A stretch of 64,000 nucleotides of DNA from Sphyrna mokarran (GCA_024679065.1 JAGIQG010000009.1:66216001-66280000); one strand, 5' to 3'; numbered from the stretch's first letter, positions 37,938 through 53,094 are shown. Program-made: numbers and translations. The notes: generated by a model from the letters alone, not told the origin.

Positions 37938-40900
37938 GTGAATCAGAACAGGAAGCATTTCTCTGAAGATCCTCCTCATATAACTGCACATAGTAGCTGC
38001 AAGTCTCAATTATCAATGCAGCAAATTAAAAGGCAGTCAAATATGAAATTGCTACAACATGTGCGAAGTCATTTCCCCGGCTATCTAGACTACTACAATG
38101 TGAACCATATCACATATCACATTTACAGCGAGCTATGTCTGAACTGACAGCCCAAGTACATTGGGGGAAGTGTTTTTTATGGAGCTTACAACAGTGATAA
38201 AGGTAGAATGGGTGGGGTGGTTGACTTAATTAGGTAGGATATGAATTTGATTTCGCAACAGTGGGTTGAGATGCAGCTGTAAGGTCAACAATGTGTTTAC
38301 GATATGTCAGGCATTATGTCAACTTGTGGCAGGTTTGAACGTCTAACGCATTTGCATTTCACGAATATTCATTAATGAGAAACAATTTTGAATAAAGTCC
38401 GACCTTCAAAATCAAGTCACATGAGAATCTCGTGGCACCTGGTTTAGGCACCTGGTGTGCACCAGTTGGCTTTGTGCGAGTTGTGTGGAAGGACAGTGGT
38501 TTTCTTTGTTAAATTCCATGGGCACAAAGGAGGGGGAGCAAGAGAATGGACTATTGCTTGGTGGTCAGGACTGGTCGGGGTGAGCCAATGTTGGGAGGCG
38601 GTGTGGAATTTTTGTGGAGTGGGGGTCTGGAGAATGGAGGGTTGGATGAGGGATCTGAGGGAGGACAGAGGATGGGGTCAGGGTGCAGAGAGTGGTGAAA
38701 TGGGCCAGGTCAGGTGTGGTGAGGGTATGAAAATGAAGGACCTAACTGTCCAAATGTATATCCATTTCAGATTGGCAGAGTCTTTACAGAGCTTCGAGTT
38801 CACCTATAACATACCCCACTGGGGATAATCTCAGACAATATCTTTTACAATACACAGAAGGGAGAGCCAGCAAGTTCAGCCATATTCCACAGAGTGGTAA
38901 ATAATAACACTGGCCATCAGTGAGTGAATGCAAAAACACACCATTTTTTCTTCCACAATAAATTAAATATCGTCAACTCCTCTGTAAGCATCAATGCTTG
39001 CAAACCATATCAATATAATTAGCTCTTTGATTAAACTAGTCTCAACAAATAGCAGTGATGCACATGAATAAAGTGAAACCACTGTTATGTGAAATACTTG
39101 CATGTGAAATTTAATTTTGAAAAGCACCCATGCTGTTAAATTCTAACAGTGAGTTGGTAATGAAGTCTTGATTGAGCTTTATTCTCAATGACACAAAATT
39201 CATTCATCACCTGTTTTCCTTTATATGCACCAGTGATATGCTTAACTAATAAGCTACAATTAACAACTTAAACATTCCTTGACTGATAACTGTTTTGCAC
39301 CCTAATCCATGCCACTTTTGTGCTTGCAAGTCTTTTGTAATTTGTAATGTAGTGGGGCAGGAAATTTGTGTCCATGATATGGACCTCCCTGTCTTTCAAA
39401 ACAGCATTGATCATCTGACGGCGGCTTTTATCAATGAAAAGCTTCCCTCACTACAAAATACGTTTTGTGTGCACACAATGGACACTTAGGATTTTAATTA
39501 AAATTGCATCGGAGAATGCAAAAAGACAGTGCAAGTGGCCACATTGGGAATTGGACGCTGCAATCTCAGCCAATGTGTGGGACGCAGATAATGTGATGTA
39601 AAGTAGGGAAGTCTTCTCCCCTGCTTCTCCAGTTAACTGCTGTTGAGGCAGGCCATCAACCCCATCAGTGCCTCTACTTTCTCAGAAGATAAAGTATCAG
39701 TGAAAGGGTTATGGGCAGCATCTGTCTATCCAGCTATTTCATTCAAGATTCATTCTCACATTTGATATCACAATGTTTACATTGTTGCCCTTAGTCTCAG
39801 TTGCTGAGCGTTTGAGATAGAATTACAAGCTCAAGGCCAACATAATGGTCCAAACTCAATGACAATAGGTGAAATTGAATGTTGGCAGTAGGGGAGCCCC
39901 TCATTGCTTCCTCTGGGGGAGGCTCACTGGAATTAAATGTGTGGGATGTAAGGAGGTCCTGTGCAAATCAGAGACCAGCAGCTCTTCACTGTCCTTCAGC
40001 AGCAGTAGATGTAGTGGCAACTGTTAGAAATTTATCCACCAGACGCCCAGAATCTGTGAGGTAGCAATGTCTTCAATGCATGAGGTGGTGATGGGGGGTC
40101 ACAGGAATGGGGAGCAGGTTGGCTTGGTATGTGGAGGTGGGGGGGGGGGGGGGGGGGAGAAGAGGTCAGAAAAAGGTCAATAGTGTCTCTCAGCAGCACC
40201 TCCTCTCCCCTGTATTCCCTCTCTTTCCGGATGCTGAGCTCTTTGGTCAAGCACGGAAATCTGCGAACAAACCCAGCATGTGTCCACTTCGGAGGCTCTC
40301 CCCGTTGCCAGTGATGTGTCACCAAAGGGCAGTCACCACATGGGAAACTCAGAATGTAAACCCTATCATGTCTGCCTGCGGGTTCCCGAGGGGATCCATT
40401 GAACAATGCCTGATTGAGAGACACAGCATTGGTGAGGAGGGTGTGCCCACTGAAAGTCATCTCCTGCTCTGGCAGGTAACACCCCCTCATCCTTTCTACC
40501 ATAACTCCCAACCCCTGACCCATCCTCCCTCAATCGCCTATGGCCTGGGTCTCTCATGGCCTTTCCTGGGTACATTTTTGCAGCTGCCACTGCTTCTGAT
40601 GGTGCTGTCTGTAAATGTACAGTTGCCAACTTTGCACAGTTGCCGGTGGTAGTGGTGGTGGGGGACGGGGGCAGGATTTTGGTCCCCGTGTTTCCCAATC
40701 CCAGGGAAGTCCTGCTATTAGCCACTTAAATGCCCAAGAGGCACTCAATATGGTAATCTTTCCAGCTGTCAGGTAAGACCCTCGTTGCCTCCATTAAATA
40801 CCTCCCTTTGAGGGATGAGGTTTGGAGTCAGAGAATGGAAGTTTGACAAGCATCACCCGAGGAACAGGAAACAGAGAAGAGGAAAAGAAGTGGTTCAACG

Positions 40901-41094
40901 AGAATAGTGAAAAGAGAAACACTCGATAGCATTGTGAAAGTGGACAATGCCATAATAGTGGCTCAGTGCATACGTGACAGAAGACACAGGGCAAGTATAG
41001 AAACCCTTTCATTGTTTCTTTGCTTCATCTTGCTGTGCTGACTTTCACACAGTCAAACACTTATTTGCATTCACAGCTTACATGCAGACAAACA

Positions 41095-41315
41095 CGTTGC
41101 ACACATGCACACACACTCGGCAAAAACACACAAAGACACATAAAGAAACATAGGAGCAGGAGTCAGCCACTTAGCCCATCAAGCCAGCACTGCCATTCAA
41201 TATGATCATAGTTGATCAATGCACACACACAAGTGCGCACACATACACATGCACACACACAAGTGCGCACATATACACACACGTGCACATAATGCACGCA
41301 CACATACACATAAAG
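41095..41315. repeat. Degenerate (CA)n microsatellite interrupted by a LINE tail
   Basis: CA-rich runs including two ATGCACACACACAAGTGCGCACA blocks. Confidence 0.7.
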
Positions 41316-41999
41316 CACCGAAAGCTAATAAGGAACATGGCAGGGGCCATCTGATTGCCATATAAATCTCACATTTTGATTGTTCTGATTAAATGTAGCA
41401 GCAAGTTGTGACTCTATAAATTTATTCCAGGCTGCAGTTTAATTAACCAGCCCTTACTCTGACTTTATATTACTGGACAGGTTCCAAACATCAAAACTGA
41501 AGCACTTTCCTCCAAGCTAAATCTGTCCAGACTGACTACTGAGTGAATTTAATAAAAACGGAAAGTGTTGTGACAATTACCCCGATGCCGGGGTGATTTG
41601 GGATTGGGTGGGAATGGTTTTGGTAAAGCAAACATGTTTGAATCAGGCTCAGCCCCCGACTGCGAGCAGCTGCCCTTTAGCTCTGAGCCGTGCAGAGTAA
41701 CAGCTAGTCAAGGAGGGATTGCCCCCAGTGGAGCTGGTGTCGGATCAGTAATGCTGTTAGCACTCGTACCACGATAGACAGCTCCACAAGGTGAAGGGTG
41801 CATCACTTTATCTAACAAGGATACTTCACACATCCAAGCACAGTTCATTTCAGCTCATCCTCTTCCTGTGAATAATGACATTTCACATATCCAGCAACTG
41901 AATGTTTTGAAGGCCTTCCTGTTACAAGGTTCAGGAACTAATTTTTAAATTAAACTTGTGGGAATGATACTACACCTCCAAGGGGATATATTGGAAAGC

Positions 42000-42645
42000 T
42001 AATTATCAACGTCCTGGAGGTTACCATTGACCAGAAATTGAACTGGACTAGCTATATATTGTGTCTGCAAGAGCAGGTTATAACTCATCTCCTAACCCCA
42101 TCACACACCTACCCCGCCAACCTCCCCAAAGCCTGTATACCATCTACAAGGTACAAGGCAGGAGCATGATGGAATACTCTTCACTTGCCTGGATGAACGT
42201 GGCTCCAGCAAGATTCAAAAAGCTTGACACTACCCAGGACAAAGCAAATGCTTGACTAGCATCCCACCCACAAATATTCACCTCTCCAAAGTAGCAGCAG
42301 TGTGTATCAGCTAAAAGATGCATAGCAGGAACTCACCAAGGCTCCTTAGGCAGAAAATTCCAAAGCACTGCCATCCAGAAGGACAAGGGCATCAGGTACT
42401 TGGGAACACCACCACCCAGATGTTCCCTTCCTATCCAATCAGCATCCCGACTTGTAAATATATCACCGTTCCTTCACTGTTGCTGTGTAAACTCCTGGAA
42501 TTCACTTCCTAACAACACTGTGGGTATAGCTACACTTCAAGGACTGCAGCATTTCAAGAAGGCAGCTCACCCAACCTGTTCAAGAGCAATTAAAGGTGGA
42601 CAATAAATGTTTTCCAAACCATTGACACTCACATTCCATGAATCT
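42000..42645 (+). mobile_element. L2/Crack-like non-LTR retrotransposon 3' fragment
   Basis: PQSLYTIYKVQGRSMMEYSSLAW...KKLDTTQDKA and SWNSLPN motifs; inverse copy at 57298-58052. Confidence 0.75.
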
Positions 42646-43023
42646 CTACAGCTGGATTAGGCTATTGAATTAGGTGCTCAGCCATGATTGTGATGTACAG
42701 TAGAGCAGACTTGAAGGGCTCAATGGCCTCCTCCTGCTCTTATCTTCTATGTTTCTATGAATGAATAAAAAGAAACCAGGTGAGGAGACTATATGAACAA
42801 CTGACTCATATCTCCTCTGTAATGTAGACAAAACACCCGTTTCATACTCATTATTATGACAGCTGCATGCTGTTCATTGGCTGCGTGCAGCAGCGGGGGA
42901 CTCAGTATTGCTGCTCTTTCCAGCATTACTTAAAATTAAAAGACACTGCCTAAAGGGAATGTGCATTCTGGCTGTTGGAGGTGATTCAGAATGGTACTAT
43001 ATAACAAAGAGTAATACTGACTA

Positions 43024-43212
43024 TGGTTTTCCATTATTGCATTGAAGATGTTGGTGCAAGAGTGGCAGTGGAAATGTGAGAAGATATCCACATTTCGAGG
43101 CATGCGAGGAGCAGGCAGTGGGAACGGATTGTCAAGAGGTCAATACCAGAGGTTTAATCCCAAGGACTTGGGTTCAGTGCTACAAGAAGTTTAATGTGTG
43201 GTCAAGGTAAGT
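43024..43212 (+). pseudogene. Decayed Myb/SANT-like (Harbinger accessory protein type) exon
   Basis: Frameshifted WFSIIALKMLVQE / RQWERIVK / EVNTRGLIPRTWVQCYKKFN, ending at a GTAAGT donor. Confidence 0.55.
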
Positions 43213-46200
43213 GATCCCACCAACTGCACCACTATCCTCACACACAGGTCAATTCAGCAGCACCCTATCACTCCCCAGCATCAATCTCTATTAATCGGGA
43301 TTCATATCTAACATTGAAAGCTCCCCATCACTCTCACACACCCAAGGCTCACATCCATATTTCACAGCCTGCACCCTCTGCCAGCTATTCAACCATGACA
43401 GTCACAGCAGTGAAACATTTTGCTCCACACTCACTGACACAGTCGCTTCTTTTTCGGAGGGAGATGGTGCTGGTCGTTACACGTAGAACCATTGCTGAGA
43501 GCCTGATCACTAGCTGGGCTAAATCCATTGAAACAAACAGTATCCTCATTTCTAATCCTCCTTCTCACATCCCATTTGTGGTGGTGGAGTAGTGTTGGTG
43601 GTAGCTCTGAAGGTGTTCATGAGGTGTAACATGAACCTCATTCCTCCTCCTGTCACTGCCACTCCACCAGAGACCTTGCTATTGCCTTGCAGATGGTGGA
43701 ATTTGAATTCAATAAAAAATATCTGGAATTAAGAATCTGCTGACGACCATGAAACCATTGTCGATTGTTGGAAAAACCCAACTGCTTCATTTATGCCCTT
43801 TAGGGAAGGTAATCTACCAACCTCGCTGACCTGGCCTAGATATCATTCCAGAGCCACAGAAATGTGGTTGACTCTCAATTGCCTTCGGAGAACAAGGGAT
43901 TGGCAATAACTGTTGCCCAGCCAGAGACGCCCATGTCTAACAATTGAATAGAAAAACACTGTGCTGGGTGGGGTGGTGTATGGTGGGATGGGTTGGAATG
44001 GGGGGAGACAATGAATATTGCTTCGCGCATGTTAATTTGTACAAGGTCAAGGGGGGGCACAGCTTGGAGTTTCAGCACTACCATCCACCTTTTCTGCACA
44101 CACCTGGCAGATGTCAACTGCGTGCCTTTACCTTCAAGATAGCAACTAATGCTGTTGTGTGCAGATGCCATTTTGGAATTGTAAGAGCTCTCATTGCCTT
44201 CAAAAAGTAAGTTCTAGTCTACCTTTTGTAGGGCCCAGAAATACCGGCAGGTACAGTAAAGCCCAGGTTCTTGCTGTTACAATCTGTGAATAGCTAAGAG
44301 TGAACGTCACCAAGGAACAGAGACGTCAAGAGCAGATTAAAACATCAGCTGCTTGAGGAGATAACAGGATTACCTGGCAATAGTGTTGATGTCAAACCAT
44401 AGCTCACACATCAATCTGTCCAAGACACAAAGCATTCCGACTACTACCTAATTCCTGCAGCAATGTGTGACTACACTTTTTAAAAAAACTATAACGGAAG
44501 GCCAAATAAATTCAAGTCTTTCTTTACTGGATTTATATATTTAATAATAATTATATTACAAGTGACTATTTGTACAGCAACTGTTTTAACAGTATTACTA
44601 AGCACAGTTGGAGCATTCACTCTCCCACTGGTACCACCCAAAATAAATTTAGTTATTTTCTGGCCATTTTGTAAGTGCAAGCAGTCTGTTTTTGATTGGC
44701 CAATTAGTCATTGGTACAATTCGTAAGAGCCAGCAGGACACATACTTTACACATCTCTCCTTTGAAATTTAATGCACTGCTATGTGAATCCATAGTACCC
44801 TGATTTGTGTAATTCAACAAGGATCTTGCCTTGGACAGACAGGCACCAATAGTGGGCCCAGATAAAATGGCAGCTTGCAGGTTAAGAATGAGAAGGGACA
44901 GTATGTGCAACATTTCAGTTTTAAAGCAGCCAAATCTCCATTCACTTTCAGCAGCACTGGAAAATCCCAGCCGCGAACAAGAACACAAAATTTCTGTCGA
45001 TGATTCTTGTTTCAATGAACAAAATACCATGGAAGAAAAATCATATTTCAATCTTCTATTAGCATACTGTGGGAACCTATATTAGTTTTATGATTGGAGT
45101 TCTTGTAAGGCAGTAAGCAGCACCCCTGTCTCTGAGACAGAGACAATGAGTGGGATTTTATGGCCTCATTCGGACAAGATCATAAAATCCCGCCCGAGGC
45201 CAATGGAGATTTTTGTTTTGGAACAAATAGGATTGGAGGTGAGGTGATAGGGTTTTGGCCTCTGGGTGGGATTTTCCCATTCACCCATCGTGGGTGGGAT
45301 ATGGAACATACAAAGGACCATTGACTGGGGTGGGACTTTCCGGTTTTGGGGCAAGTGCGACTGGAAAGTCCTGCCCTCTGTGTTAACATCCCACTCAGGA
45401 CTTGATGGCCAAGGAAAGTATGTTCCTAACATGGCCAAATAGGTTGTGCATTAACTTGTAAATCCTTCCAACATAGACCAGCGGCAAACAGTAACAACAG
45501 TAGAGATTCCTGATCAGTCATATGTTGGAAAGAGAATTGGAACCTCTACCATCACTATCTATAGCTCCAGGCTGGAGCATGTCTATAAGCGGTCAATCTA
45601 TCACAGCAGCTTGAGAGTTGGTAGGCTCAGTTGGCTGATGTAGATCAGATTGGTGTTAGTGGCACAGGGTTCCTTCCCTGTTCTGGTTGAGACTTGTCTC
45701 CATGTTCTGTCTGGAGTGGAGGTCCAGGTTGCTTTGGGTCAGACCCACCATAGGACGGAGGACTCAAAAAGAAGAATTAATTTTATGGAATGCATTTTAT
45801 GTAAATAGCTTCCTATTTGAGATTCCCTTGCACACAACCTCCTGTCTTGTCTTCTTGGTTCATTTTATGCTGAAGTGAATGCACTGCAAACCTCACCACA
45901 AGCTAACCAGCTCCTCTGACGATGTGAAGTGTGCAATTGCACACACTGGCAAAAAAAATATTTAGTTCTTGCACTAACTTTATTCATATCACTTTTTCAA
46001 GCCATATAACCCGCAGCAAGAGTTCAAGAAAACAGGAATGTGTTATACTAGCATTGAAGTTTCTGTTAAAAATTAAATGTAAAATTGATTTCAAAATATG
46101 AAATGAAATTCAGATGCTGGCACTGCACAGCTATAGCCTTGCATCAGTTTAAGCACTGAAGTCCTTGTTAAAATTCAAGCCACGAACTTCCTCACTGTAT

Positions 46201-46539
46201 AACTGATGCGGATAAGTGGCAAGGCCTGTTGGATCAATTTTTAGATGAAGAACTGTCATATTATGCCTGTTGGCAGAGTTGAAACAATATGTTTACGCCA
46301 GGGCAGTATAATTTATTTATGTAAAGCTGTGGAATCAAACCAATATTTTTTCCCTGATCTTTCTGCCAATTTCCTACCCACTCCTGTCATACTCTCCAGA
46401 AGCTTTGAAAGATGCTTTGCCAGATTCTGGTCAGGGGATTAGGAAGGCAGATCCAGGCTGAGGCAGCTAAAAGCTCTTCCTTAACTCTCCTACCATTGAG
46501 CTTCATCCATTCCAAGAACAAATCTTCACTGGCAGACTC

Positions 46540-46845
46540 AGTCATAGAATCTCTAGAGGCCATTTGGCTCATCGAGTTTGCACTGACCACAATCCCACCC
46601 AGCCCCAATCTCCATAATCCTATGTATTTACCTTGCTAGTCCCCCGACACTAAAGGACAATTTATCATGGCTAATCAACCTAACCCGCATATCTTTGGAG
46701 TGTGGGAGGAAACCGGAGCACCTAGAGGAAATCCACACAGACTTGGGGAGAAAATGCAAACTCCATACAAAGAGTCACGTGAGGCCAGAATTGAACCCAG
46801 GTCTCTGGCACTGTGAGGCAGCAATGCTAACCACTGTGCCACCAT
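46540..46845 (-). mobile_element. HE1-like SINE
   Basis: Family head and core; further copies at 47378-47640 (-), 48417-48600 (+), 50815-50975 (+), 51945-52252 (+), 53137-53455 (-), 54083-54255 (+), 54815-55110 (-). Confidence 0.85.
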
Positions 46846-49800
46846 GTCATGTTACAGTGCAATGTAGGAATACGCCAACATGGAAAAAGACCCACAAGGC
46901 AAGATAAGTACTATGAAGAGGAGCAACAAGACCTATTCTCCAACCTATATTCTGTTTGAGTTGTCTGGTTCCTTGCTGTTCATGGTCAATGAATTTACTT
47001 TGCTGCCATCAACTCAAAGGAACACTGTGCTGTTGTTTACTGGACCATTCTTTGTCAGAATACAGCAACAGAAAGGCAAATGGTAGCATAGTGATAATGT
47101 CAATGAACTGGTAATCCAGAGGTCCACGCTAATGCTCTGGGTTAAGAGTTCAAATCTCACCATAGTGGAATTTAAATTCAATGAATAAAATCTGGAATAT
47201 AAAGCTAGAATCAACAATGGGGACAATGAAATTGATTGCCATAAAAACCCAACTGGTTCCATATCATTTCTTTTAGGAGAAGGAAATCTATCTCCTTATC
47301 ACAGCAATGTGGCTGACTCTTAATTGTCCTTTGAAATGATTTAGCGAGCCACTCAGTTCAAGGGCAATTAGGATAATCATAGAATCTCTGCAGTGCAGAA
47401 GGAGGCCATTCAGTCCATCGAGCCTGCACCAACAACAATCCCACCTGGGTCCTACCGTAATCCCAAGTATTTACTCTAGTTAGTCCTCCTGACGCTAAGG
47501 GCAATTTATCATGGTGGGTCAACCTAACTGCACATCTCTGGACCGTGGGAGGAAATCCATGCAGTCACCCGAGGCTGGAATTGAACACGGGTCCCTGGTG
47601 GTGTGAGGCAGTCGTATTAACCACTGTGCCTCTGTGCTGTTCTGAAAGAATAAACTTTAAGAAGTAAACTTAAAAAAAACTTTATAGTTACAAAAAAGAA
47701 TGGTATGATAGATAAACAGTGATCTGGTGACCTTGCAAATCTATCTAGTCTAGCATATGAAAGTCTCATTGTAGGAGCATTAAATGAATATTAATAATTA
47801 GCTTGCATTCATACTTGTCTTTGAGCTCAAATAAAAGCAAGAGGAAAATCTAATTAAAAATATGGGATACACCTCTTACCTTCTGGGATATGGTTATCCT
47901 GGCTTAGCTTGTCACTTGTTTCTTTCTCACTAAATTATTTCCCTCCTCTCTTGAAGCTACTGCCTCTGGGTTGGGATCTATAAGCAATGATCACTCATGT
48001 AACTCACCCAAATAACCATCCTTCTCAGAGAGGCATTTCTGACAGCAGAGACATTACAGCTGAGCCCAGATTCAAGTTTTTAAAGCACAGGTTGCTGGAT
48101 GGTAAACATGGGAGAGGATCCCTAACTGGGCAATTCTAGCCACCTTGACCACCTCTCCAACTGAGAGCATGCAAGTTATTAGAGCCTAGAGAATAAGAGC
48201 GGAACTTCCATCCTCTGTTGCTTATTGGTTAAGTTCACCAAAACAACTGCAGGAAGAGAGAAGTCTGATTTCAGCAATTTTGTTCCCTATCAGAGACTTC
48301 TAGAAAGGGGAAGAAATTATTCCCAGTTCTCAGTTGCGGAGATATTCGGGAGATCCAGAGATCACTTCTCCTTTTTCTCTAAACCTCCTCCACCCCACAA
48401 AAAGGACCATTTGATGGGCAACACGACAGCTCAGTGACTATCGCTGTACTGTGCAGATACATGGACTTGGACCTGTGTCTGTGGGAGTTTGCGCATTCTC
48501 CCCATGCTTGCGTGGGTTTTCTCCGAGTGCTCCGGTTTCCTCCCACATCCCAAAAATGTGCTCTTAGGCTAATTGGCAAAACACATTCTCCCTAAATTGT
48601 CTCAAATTTGGTTTTTAATCCATAGATCTATAAACATAGACAGGGATCACAGGTAGAGGTGGGAACATCGGGGTGGCAGCGCGGGCTCGTTGGGCCGAAG
48701 GGCCTGTTTCCCATGCTGTTTTGTTCTTTGTTCTTTGTAAAACACCCAGCTAATTATTTTGGAGTGAGTCATTTGTTACTGGACAAGCTCCTACATTTGT
48801 CTCTGTCACCCAACCTTGGCCTCCAACCTTGATCTCTCTGTATACTTCCTGGTCTAGTACATCGGCATTTTCCAGATGCCAGCCCAGTCAAACTCCAGCT
48901 GTTTCAATCAAATCCTGAGGTTGCTGAGGCTTCCAGCTGCCTGCTGAACCAATCTGTATCCCCACTTGACCAAGGACCTTCAAATATCTCACAAAAACCT
49001 GTGTGAGATTGCACTGAAGCACAGGCCTGTACTGGCAGCATTGTGGTTAACATTGCTACCTCACAGTACCAGGAACCCAGGTTCAGTTCCCAGCTTGGGT
49101 CACTGTCTGTGCGGACTTTGCACATTCTCCCCGTGTCTGCATGGGTTTCCTCTGGGTGTTCTGGTTTCCTCCTACAGTCTGAAAGATGTGCTGGTTAAGT
49201 ACATTGACCTGAACAGGTGCTGTAGCATGGCAACTAGGGGAATTTTACAGTAACTTCATCACAGTGTTAATGTAAGCCTTACTTGTGACTAATAAATAAA
49301 CGTTTTAAAAAAAAGCTATATGACCCATTCAGAAATCCAACAGTTTGATGAGGATGTTTTTCCTGATAGCAGTAACAAGACTGGAAAAAGGCTCCTGCAA
49401 TAGTTGACCCGTGTAAAAATGGATTTGAATAAAATGAGCCTGAAGTGTGATTCAAAATGCATTTACTGAGATTCCGCCCATTGAACCAGGGTCTCAGACC
49501 TTTTATTCTTTGATATCAATTTTTAGTTTTCCCATTATCCAGTGGCAATCTGAATTTATTAATTGAAAGCTAACATTGTTTTGGCTGCTACCTTTGTGCC
49601 AAGAAGCTGCTACTCACATTTTTAATTAGCCTGTAGCTCCCCAGATGTACTTCAAAACATTTAAGAGAAAATAGATTTGGATGGAAGCCACAGATTATGT
49701 AACCACTTTTGAAAATGAATTCTATATGTGGAGGGATGTGATGAATGATGTTTCATTGTTTGCAGTTGTGTAATTGGGTTTCAGTGACAGTTCAGGCCTC

Positions 49801-49914
49801 CTTGGATACTCTATCAGAATTGCAGACTCCAGCACCTCACCCCTGCCACAGAATCATTCACCTTAACAGCACAGCTGGAGGCCATCGTGTTTGCACTAGC
49901 TGACAAGCAAAAAT

Positions 49915-50510
49915 GAGGAGATGCCGGCGTTGGACTGGACAAGCACAGTAAGAAGTCTCACAACACCAGGTTAAAGTCCAACAAGTTTATTTGGCAGCAC
50001 TAGCTTTTGGAGCCTCAAACTCCTTCTTACTGGAAAAGCAATAGTCCAGCCTAATCCCACTTTCCAGCTTAGGTCTGCAGCTCTGTCATTTCTGGAACTT
50101 CGAATGCATCTCCAAGGGCTTAATAAATGTCATGAAGATTTCTGCTTCTACACAATGAGTTCTAGTTCCCTATCACCCTCTGAATCAAGGAATTTCCTCT
50201 CAAAGTTCCTCTAAACCTCATACCTCTTATGCTAAATCTATGCCCCAAAGTTACCAACCCCTCCAAATAAAGAAAATTAGGCCTTTCTATTCGACTCCCC
50301 TGTCCTAAAGGAAATGATGTGGAGATGCTTGTCTTGGACTGGGGTAAACACAGTAAGAAGTCTCTCAACACCAGATTAAAGTCCAACAGGTTTATTTGGT
50401 AGCAAAAGCCACAACCTTTCGGAGTGCTGCTCCTTCATCAAGTAAGTGAGACTTCTATTCACAAACAGGGCATATAAAGACACAAACTCAATTTACAAAA
50501 TAATGGTTCA
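49915..50510 (-). mobile_element. Two Penelope-like terminal fragments (49915-50030, 50318-50510) around a CR1 fragment
   Basis: Both match 32750-32930 (GGAGATGC...CACAGTAAGAAGTCTC.CAACAC.AG.TTAAAGT.CAACA.GTTTATTTG). Confidence 0.75.
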
Positions 50511-53094
50511 TTAATGCTGTTCCTCTATATTTCTCAATATCCAACTATTTATTTTGTATTCCCTATTGCCTTGCTTTAATAGCCTTCCCCAAATGCATTA
50601 TCTCCTTCAAGAAACTGTTCATTATTATTCAAATTTATTCTTTGCCCTTGGTCCTTTCTGCCTTATTCATAAAAGATAACAAACAAAGTGGCAGAAACAG
50701 TGGCATAGGATTGGTATTTAGAGGTCGTGATCTCTAGGGTAAGCTGTACTGATGGAGTGACTGGAACGGGCTCACATGCTTCTTCTGTACTTCATACATG
50801 TTCATTATAAACACAAATCCAAAGATGTGCAAGTTAGGTGGATTGGCCATGCTAAATTGGCCCTATTGTCAGGGAGATTGGCAAGTTTAATATGTGGAGT
50901 TATGGGGATTGGGCCTGCATGAGATTGTCCCGGACAGCTGAATGGCCTTCTTCTGCACTGTGGGGATTCTATGATCCTAATGACAAGTTCTTTGAGGCTT
51001 CAAAGCTAAAAACAGCTAAAAGATGGCAAACAAATCCATTTTGACAAGTGGGGCTGTTAAAAGATGGCAAGATGAATTTTTTGTTCCCTACAGGTAAGAG
51101 TTGAGAGAAAGTTGATCACTTTGTTCTATTGATAATGACGCACATGCTTGACATAATACCAACTCAAAAGGGGTGGAAAAAATGAACATCATATCAGTTT
51201 TAATCCACTTTGTATCAGAATCCATGCAAGTGTTAGAATGAAAAGATATTTAACTTTCTGTCTTGAATTTTGTGAGAAAAATAAGATAGGGTAATTAATG
51301 AGACAACAAAATAATATGGTTCTATGTTATACTGCTGGGAAGCACTTTCCCATAGCATATTTGAAAAAGAAACCAACTATACAATTCTTGCATTATGCAT
51401 TATTGGGTCTTGATTATAAAGTCACAGAGCCATCATCACCATTATCAAATTGATATTCCTTGCTTGATCCATGATTTTCCATTCTCTAAATACTCCAGTA
51501 ATGGAATTTGGAGTGAGTTCACAACAGTATCTGAAGCAATCCAGGCAGATGGTCTTCTGCTGTTAACTTATTACATAGAAAACACAACAGAGAAACAGGC
51601 CATTTGCTGGTGTTTGTTCTCCGCACAAGCCTCTTGTCACCTTGTATCATCTCACTCTATCACCCTTTCTCCCTCATGTACTTATCGTCATGAACACTTT
51701 GCTGGTACCACTTATCAATTGCCTGTCTTTCAATTCTTGGGCAATGAGCTGCAGGTAAAGGTCTGTGATACAAGCTTCTCCTATACCAGTTGCCTTGTCA
51801 AATTAAACAAAAGGACTTTCATCTCAAAACTTGTTGTAGACTTCTACCTGACAGTATTGTGCCACTTTCATTTATCATTTATCTTCGTTTATATGAGTAA
51901 TATATCTAAAACAAATATCTGTATGGACAATAGTCAAGATAATTGGGGTGGCACAATGGTGCACTGCTGCCTCACAGTACCAGGGACCCAGGTTCAATTG
52001 TGACCTTGGGTCACTGTCTCTATGGAGTTTGCACACTCTCCCTGTATTGTCTGAGTGGGTTTCCTTTGGCTGCTCCCGGTTTCTTCCTACATTCCAAAGA
52101 TGTGTGGATTAGGTGGTTTGGCCATGGTCAATTTCCCCTTCGTGTCAGAGTGACTAGTAGGATAAATATGTCAGTTTATGGCCTGGGTGGGATTGTTGTT
52201 GGGGCAGAATTGATGGGCCAAAAGGTCTCTTTCTGCACTGTATGAATTCTGTGATCCTATGAAATCTATTATTGCAATCCTCACAAAATTGGAGTTTCCA
52301 AAGGTGGACTGGCTAAGGTGCCACAAGATGTGCTTCTGTTTACCATTTACAACCCCAACAAAAACCAATCTTCCCCTTCAAAATATTACATTGCATAAGT
52401 GCATCAAAACGCTCCACTTTAATTTTTTTTTACTGAAGAATCCCATTGCCTTGCCTCTTATAAGCTTACATGGAAGAATTATTTCCACATTTCCCCCTTT
52501 ATCTTGGAGGCCTCTTCCTCGTCCCAATGAAAGCAAAACTCCAAGGTTGCATCAGTAACAAGGTGAATCATCCTCATATCGAGATCTGCAGCATGACTTT
52601 ATAATGAAATCAGTAAACAGAATTTGCACCAGGGTTGCATTCTGGGACTCAAACGTCTGTTAAGTAAACAAAAAAAAATTCCTACAACTGAACTGAGTGA
52701 AAATAGCTTGAGGTCATCTTCAAAAAATTTGCTTTGGGTGAACTTAATTTTCAGCAGAATTCCCTTGGGATATCAATAGTCATTATTTACAAAGAAACTG
52801 CAGACAACATATGCTCTACGGATAAACAAATCGATGGATAGGCCAGCTATACTGTTTATTTTGGTTTCAATTAAAGTGATTTTGAATGTACTTCAAAAGA
52901 GAAGCAGTAGCGCACTGTACAAAAGCAAAAGGTCATGAACATTGGAATTCCAAAATCCAAACTGTTATGTATTGTAAATCAATGCAGCTTTGATTAGTCA
53001 CAAGACGTGTAGTGAGATATTTGCAGATAAAGTGAGACATTTGCAAGTGAAGCTCGACTCTTGCTGTACAAGTGAGCTGGCGACATTATTATAT

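Noticed and set aside
39860-40800. Overlapping long ORFs (163 and 181 aa)
   Set aside because: GC-rich, probably a decayed transposon interior; no identifiable motifs.
41720-41790. CTCF-like and REST/RE1-like motifs
   Set aside because: Only partial matches with wrong spacing; not distinguishable from chance.
51395-52003. 202-aa ORF
   Set aside because: No recognisable domain, antisense to NOS1AP, and its end runs into a SINE head.
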